From the human T2T-CHM13v2.0 reference genome, Homo sapiens, in the NCBI RefSeq assembly GCF_009914755.1, contig NC_060927.1: a stretch of 64,000 nucleotides of DNA, one strand, 5' to 3'. Below are positions 58,377-64,000 of this stretch, in pieces. The notes beneath the pieces are model-generated. The model did no database searches, was not told where the DNA came from, and saw only the letters and a list, made by a program, of their open reading frames with translations. The position numbers were made by a program, and so were the translations under genes. How positions within the stretch are numbered: the first letter of the stretch is position 1; the number at the start of each line of letters is the position of its first letter.

Positions 58377-61040
58377 TTATTAGTCAATCGGCTTTTATAT
58401 ATGATTGCTGCCTAGACAAGAAGGTTTAAGATAAATCTATCCAAATCCAAATCAATTCTGGAAACTGTTTTTCAATATATCACCTAGTTATACCTTCCAA
58501 CTATTTTTTTAGGCTAGTTCTTTTAGATATCTAGGCACATATTTTACAACCAGTTTATTTTAGCAGGTTCATCAGAGGTTATATTGCATAAGTTTAGAAA
58601 TTGTATGGGTATAGTGTTGTATATATGTTAATTATTTGTGCTTCCAATGTTTTACCAGACAGATTAAAATAATCAGTATTACTTATTCATTAATGGAATA
58701 AGCCCAGGATTCATTTCTTAAGATAATACTGGTGGTAGACTCACATATTTTGTTAACTTATCCCTGGGCTTAGATTGAGAAGCCTGTTTAAATATGGATA
58801 GGCATTCTCACATTTCACTGGAGAATGGGTTTCCTCTTTTCAGTCTTGCTGTCAGTGGGACATATTAAATCTGTCATTTACAGCCAATAATCAGCAAAAG
58901 CCCAGTTTCAAGAAATGCTGTTTATAATTCAGGACTAAGTCAAATGGTTATAGAAAGCATTCTTGCATTGTGTTGTTTGGGGTCTTTCCCAATCCTTTAA
59001 GGATGAATGTGTTAGAAGGTATTATAGTAAATAGACTAACAAAACATGTTACTGTCCTTACTTTGTATCTGGGATAGAGGGGTGGTGTGGGGTGAGTGTG
59101 TTGTGGATAAAACTTTTCACACCAGGCTTATTACAGGTATTTTTCTAGGTTTCAGTTCTAGGATTATCTGCAATTTTTCTAAGAAACTGGTGTGTTTTAT
59201 TTTTTGTAGAATATGAATGGCATAATTCATTACATTTTTTTCTTTCCTTTGATTGCTAAAATGCTCAGTCTAATTTTTTGTTCTTCTCATGTTTGCATGC
59301 ATCTTACTTTCAATAGTTTACCAGTTTTAGTCCTAGCATTTGACATTTTCTACTTTTATTCTTCCTGTGACTCCATTTACTCATTCACTTTTTATCTCAT
59401 CATGTAGAATATCCTTAACAAATAGAATATCCTTAATTATATCATCCTCTATTGGGAAAGATCATATTCTCTGATGAAGGGCACAGCTCTAGAAACACTA
59501 TCCATTGACAGGTAAGTCAGAAAGGCATACCTGTTTGACCAGCCAGATCAGCCAACTAACCAGATATGCATGTATCTAAGGAAGACTACTGTCACATCTA
59601 GTACTCATTGTATTTTTTGCTTATTTTGTTTTGTTTTGTTTTTCCACCAAAGAGGGCTAGTCTCACACCTTTTAAATAAGGAGGCCTGTATACAGGGTTC
59701 CAAATATGATAATATGCAATTTTGGTGTTCCAAATTAATACAGTCTATATCAGTAAAAGAGAAACTCTCATTTTTGTTACATTTCTAGGTTTATATAATA
59801 TAAATATATAGCAACTAAAATTTAGGTGCCTGTATTTTTTATTGCATTATAATAGTGGGGAATACATTAATAGAATTATTTTCCACCTTAGGGCTTTACA
59901 AAAAAATATTCCAGGCTAAGATTAAAAAAAAAAATAGACCCTGTCTCAGTTCCATGTGATTATAATCTCTGTGTGTACAGGCTGGACATGTGTGTATATA
60001 CATATATATCCACACACCTACACACATATATACTATAATGTATACAAAATCTCCATAGAAGATTCTAATGTACAGTTCGGTATGAAAAATACTTTGTTAA
60101 TAATGTATGATTATATTAACATATAATCAATATGTTATTGAAAGCCTAGCTCCAGAAGACAGCTTCATTTCTGAATTGTGGAAGAAAAAATACTGGTAGT
60201 TCTCTGCATAGTTGAGACATATTAATATTCTCTAAGACACAAGTAAAGAAAATAAGTGTAAAATTTTAGAATTGTTTTTTTTCCAAAGACCTTGTTTTGT
60301 ATAGAAACAGAGAAAACTTCAGTACATTTGTTTTTGTAATATGAGAGTTGAAAATGACTTTTCTTCCTCAATGTTCTGAAAACCTAGACTGTTTAAGGCA
60401 GATATCTTTAGAACTGAGATTTTACTTTCTGAATACTAATCTGAAGAGTTTTGTGGTAAGAAAAGGGAGGAAAGAGAACAGATCTTAAAGCATCATCTAC
60501 CTCTCTCTTCCTGGTGACTCTCTATTTTTTTAATTGTGTCAAGTCCCAGAGAGACTCATTATAAAGCTGAGATTGAAGGAAGTAATTAATTCAGGAAGGT
60601 TGATATTGGTTTTGATGCACCAGAGACTTTCAGTTTGTCGGCTGAAGTGTGAAAATAATGCTGTGCACTGCAAAATAGGAGGGAAAAATGTCATGCCGGT
60701 CTTTTTGTACACATCTAACTATGTACACATTTTAAAATACCTTCCATTTGTAAGAAAACCAATCTTAATTAGAAGAAGACTGGAAAAGATCAAATACTTA
60801 ATCCTTCAGTTTAGTAGGCCAAATGTGTGCTTTCAGAGACCCATGACAAAAGGTGCCTAAGATTTTTTTCTTACAATTCTAGACTGTAGTCTCAGTATAG
60901 TAATTACATTTTAAGGATCTATATTTCATGTATCATTAGCAACCGCCTCTTCAAAATGATTTCAAATGCTCATGATTTCCTTCTGGAATATTAAATATGT
61001 AGTAAGAAATGATGCTTAAGAGCATTTCCTTGTACATTTA

Positions 61041-61420
<380 letters not shown>

Positions 61421-61679
61421 TGAAACAAAAAGGAAATCTCCTCCTTTAATGATAAGATATGCCATTGAAAAATTCTGCAATGAAGCATTCTATTTTTGGG
61501 GCTTATTTATCTTTCCCATTTTTTATCTGGATGTAAGATCACATATTATTTAAATGTTTACAATTATTTTAACAATTTATATCATTGACCTTGATTGAAG
61601 ACCATTCTGCAAGTAAAGTATTTGAGATTATTACAAAAGCTAAAATAGGAGGTTACAGTCATGATCTGTACAACTCTAA

Positions 61680-62010
61680 ATGAAATCATAGACAGGTAGA
61701 ACATACCTTCTACAGGTCAGAGTTCATACCTTCATTATTTTATTGACACAGAAGCTGAGAGTCAGAGAGGTGAAATCATGGTAATGGAGCAATTAATAGC
61801 AGAACTAGGATGAGAAACCATCTTCCAAAAAGTAGAAGAAAATAACCTTTTATTATGTCCAATTTTTGCCCTAGGAGACTGACATTGTTCTCTCTACTTA
61901 ACAAGATAAGGAAACTGAGGTCCAGAGAGATTAAGCAACTTACCTAAGTTTCCCAGGATGGTGAATTTCAGAATTTGGATTAGATCCATTCTCTAAATCC
62001 AGGGCTGTAT
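61680..62010 (-). mobile_element. MIR fragments
   Basis: gataaggaaactgaggtccagagagattaagcaacttacctaag core. Confidence 0.65.
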
Positions 62011-63075
62011 CTTCCCAAAGCCTACAAAATAGCAATTCTCTTACAGTCACAGTACTTGCCGCTCCCTTTAGTCGGCACAAATATCAGTAGAAGGCAACAA
62101 ATGATATTCTTTTAGGCAATAGTATTAAATAAGTCAGCAGATTATAATACTTGGATCCAGTGAGAGCAGTAAGAAGTTATAGGAAAGAAAATCATTGGAA
62201 AAAAAATGCAGTCTTTTTTCCTTATCCTTTAAAACAATCTTTTCCTGCTTCTGGTTGTTCTTGAAGCCATTCTGTACAGGGAATAATAACCACCCACACC
62301 TGAGAAATCTCTGATGTTATCACTCCATAGACTGTTGCTGCACATGAAGACGACTTCTCATTAAGAAAGGTGGTTTATATTCACCATGCTTCATTTGCTC
62401 TAACATCCTGTAATTTATTGAAAATAATTTTATAAAAATGTTAAAACTCATATTTAAAAATATTCAGGTTATTTGAGAAATTAACATTTGTACCACCTCT
62501 CATATAGATGGCACTAGGTAACATTAACAGTTGACATGCATCAACTTTCTTTTGAAAAATATCCCATCTCTTTATACTTTTATGTGAAAAAAATATAGAG
62601 GTCAAAAACATATTCTGTTTGTAAATGGCCATATGCAGGTTTTCTTTTTCTTCAAGCCATAAGTTTATTACAATTGTGATTTTAAAAGTTGTAGATTTTC
62701 TTGATTTCAAAAGAGGTATATAACTTTAATGCCTATGTGCTATAAGTTCATGGATTCTTATGTTTTCTATATTTTGTAAATGAAGGACTTAGCAACCAAG
62801 AAGCTTAAGTGACTAACAAAGATTTCACAAGCTGTAACTCACGTATACTCCCTAATATTAGCATGCAAGTGTTGTTAGTATATATCATGACTGTTTGTTA
62901 AATCTTTTGATTATTTGTTCACTTTTAATTTTAACCATAAACACAGTTAGGAGCAAAGTGGGAAAGAAGCAATATCCTCTGGAATTTGAGATGTTTGAAG
63001 CAATATTACATTTAGACAATAGAGAGTATGTTAATACATTTTGTCAGTAAAGCTGACTGAATTTGGCAGTAAACT

Positions 63076-63381
63076 TATTTATTTATTTATTTTTGAGATG
63101 GAGTCTTGCTCTGTTGCCAGCCTGGAGTGGAGTGCCAGCCTGGAGCGATCTTGGCTCACCGCAACGTCCGCCTCCCGGGTTCAAGCGATTCTCCTGCCTC
63201 AGCCTCCTGAGTAGCTGAGACTGCAGGCATGCGCCACCATGCCCAACTAATTTTTGTATTTTTAGTAGAGACGGGGTTTCACCATGTTGGCCAGGATGGT
63301 CTCGCTCTCTTGACCTCGTGATTCACATGCCTTGGCCTCCTGAAGTGCTGGGATTACAGGCGTGACCCACCGCTCCCTGTC
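63076..63381 (-). mobile_element. AluSc-like
   Basis: ccaggatggtctcg..ctcttgacctcgtg; TSD ggcagtaaacttatt / ggcagtaatcttatt. Confidence 0.94.
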
Positions 63382-64000
63382 TAGGCAGTAATCTTATTAA
63401 AAATATCAAGAAATAATTTGCTTTATGAAAGACAATCCAGTTTTTATTTTACGTCAAACAAGGGATTATTTACACTTTAATAAAAGTGGAAACTTTTATT
63501 AAAGTAACTTTTAAAATGTGATTTATTTTTTAAAGGCATAGTATTGGTTTATTATCTTTTTAAAAATAGATTTCAATATATTTGTGAATTTTTAAGAGGA
63601 AAAGACACTGACATGGCCATTAATTAAATATTTCTTAGTAACAAAGTAATAACTAATTTATTTTGCATAATGATAGGTAATCTAGGATAAATCAGTCATA
63701 TGTACATTATATGATAGCTATATAGAGAGATATAGCTACAGATATGAATATAAAAACAAAAATATTGATGGAAAAGTACTTTGTTATAATTTAGACAACT
63801 GTTAGTATAAATTTATATAATGCTGTGTATTGTAAAGACTGAGACAAAATAGAACATTTTGCAATGAAAGCTATGGAACTAAGATTTGGGAACTCAACCA
63901 TGAGATGTTTATTTATCAGCAATGTGTAAATGAAAAAAAAATTATCGTTACAAAAGTGGGCATTGGGAATGCAGATGGGACAGCTGTTGTTCCTTAATTG

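Noticed and set aside
60534-60860. 108-aa ORF in unique sequence
   Set aside because: Non-ATG start, no recognisable homology and no convincing flanking splice sites

Overview
AT-rich primate genomic DNA, almost certainly human because it carries an Alu with all five AluYa5 diagnostic positions. I find no protein-coding gene, RNA gene, CpG island or prokaryotic system. The window is dominated by interspersed repeats: 13 Alu insertions, L1s of many ages, L2/MIR, MaLR/ERV solo LTRs and Tigger/hAT DNA transposons, with unique AT-rich stretches between them. Most L1s lie on the minus strand, which suggests (inference) a large intron of a plus-strand gene. The long ORFs in the track are L1 ORF2 remnants or spurious Alu/AT-rich frames. 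The most interesting observations are: (1) two twin-primed L1 insertions whose target-site duplications (TSDs) enclose extra non-L1 DNA, i.e. probable 3' transductions; (2) an inverted pair of young L1PA copies about 5 kb apart that share several non-consensus variants, a candidate for gene conversion or an inversion substrate; (3) a perfect palindromic steroid-receptor element flanked by FOXA, octamer and NFI-type motifs in unique sequence; (4) a young AluYa5 and a near-perfect 81-bp tandem duplication that may be polymorphic; (5) several weak candidate exons. I see no convincing previously undescribed biological system. Repeat subfamily names come from my memory of consensus sequences and need RepeatMasker/Dfam confirmation.
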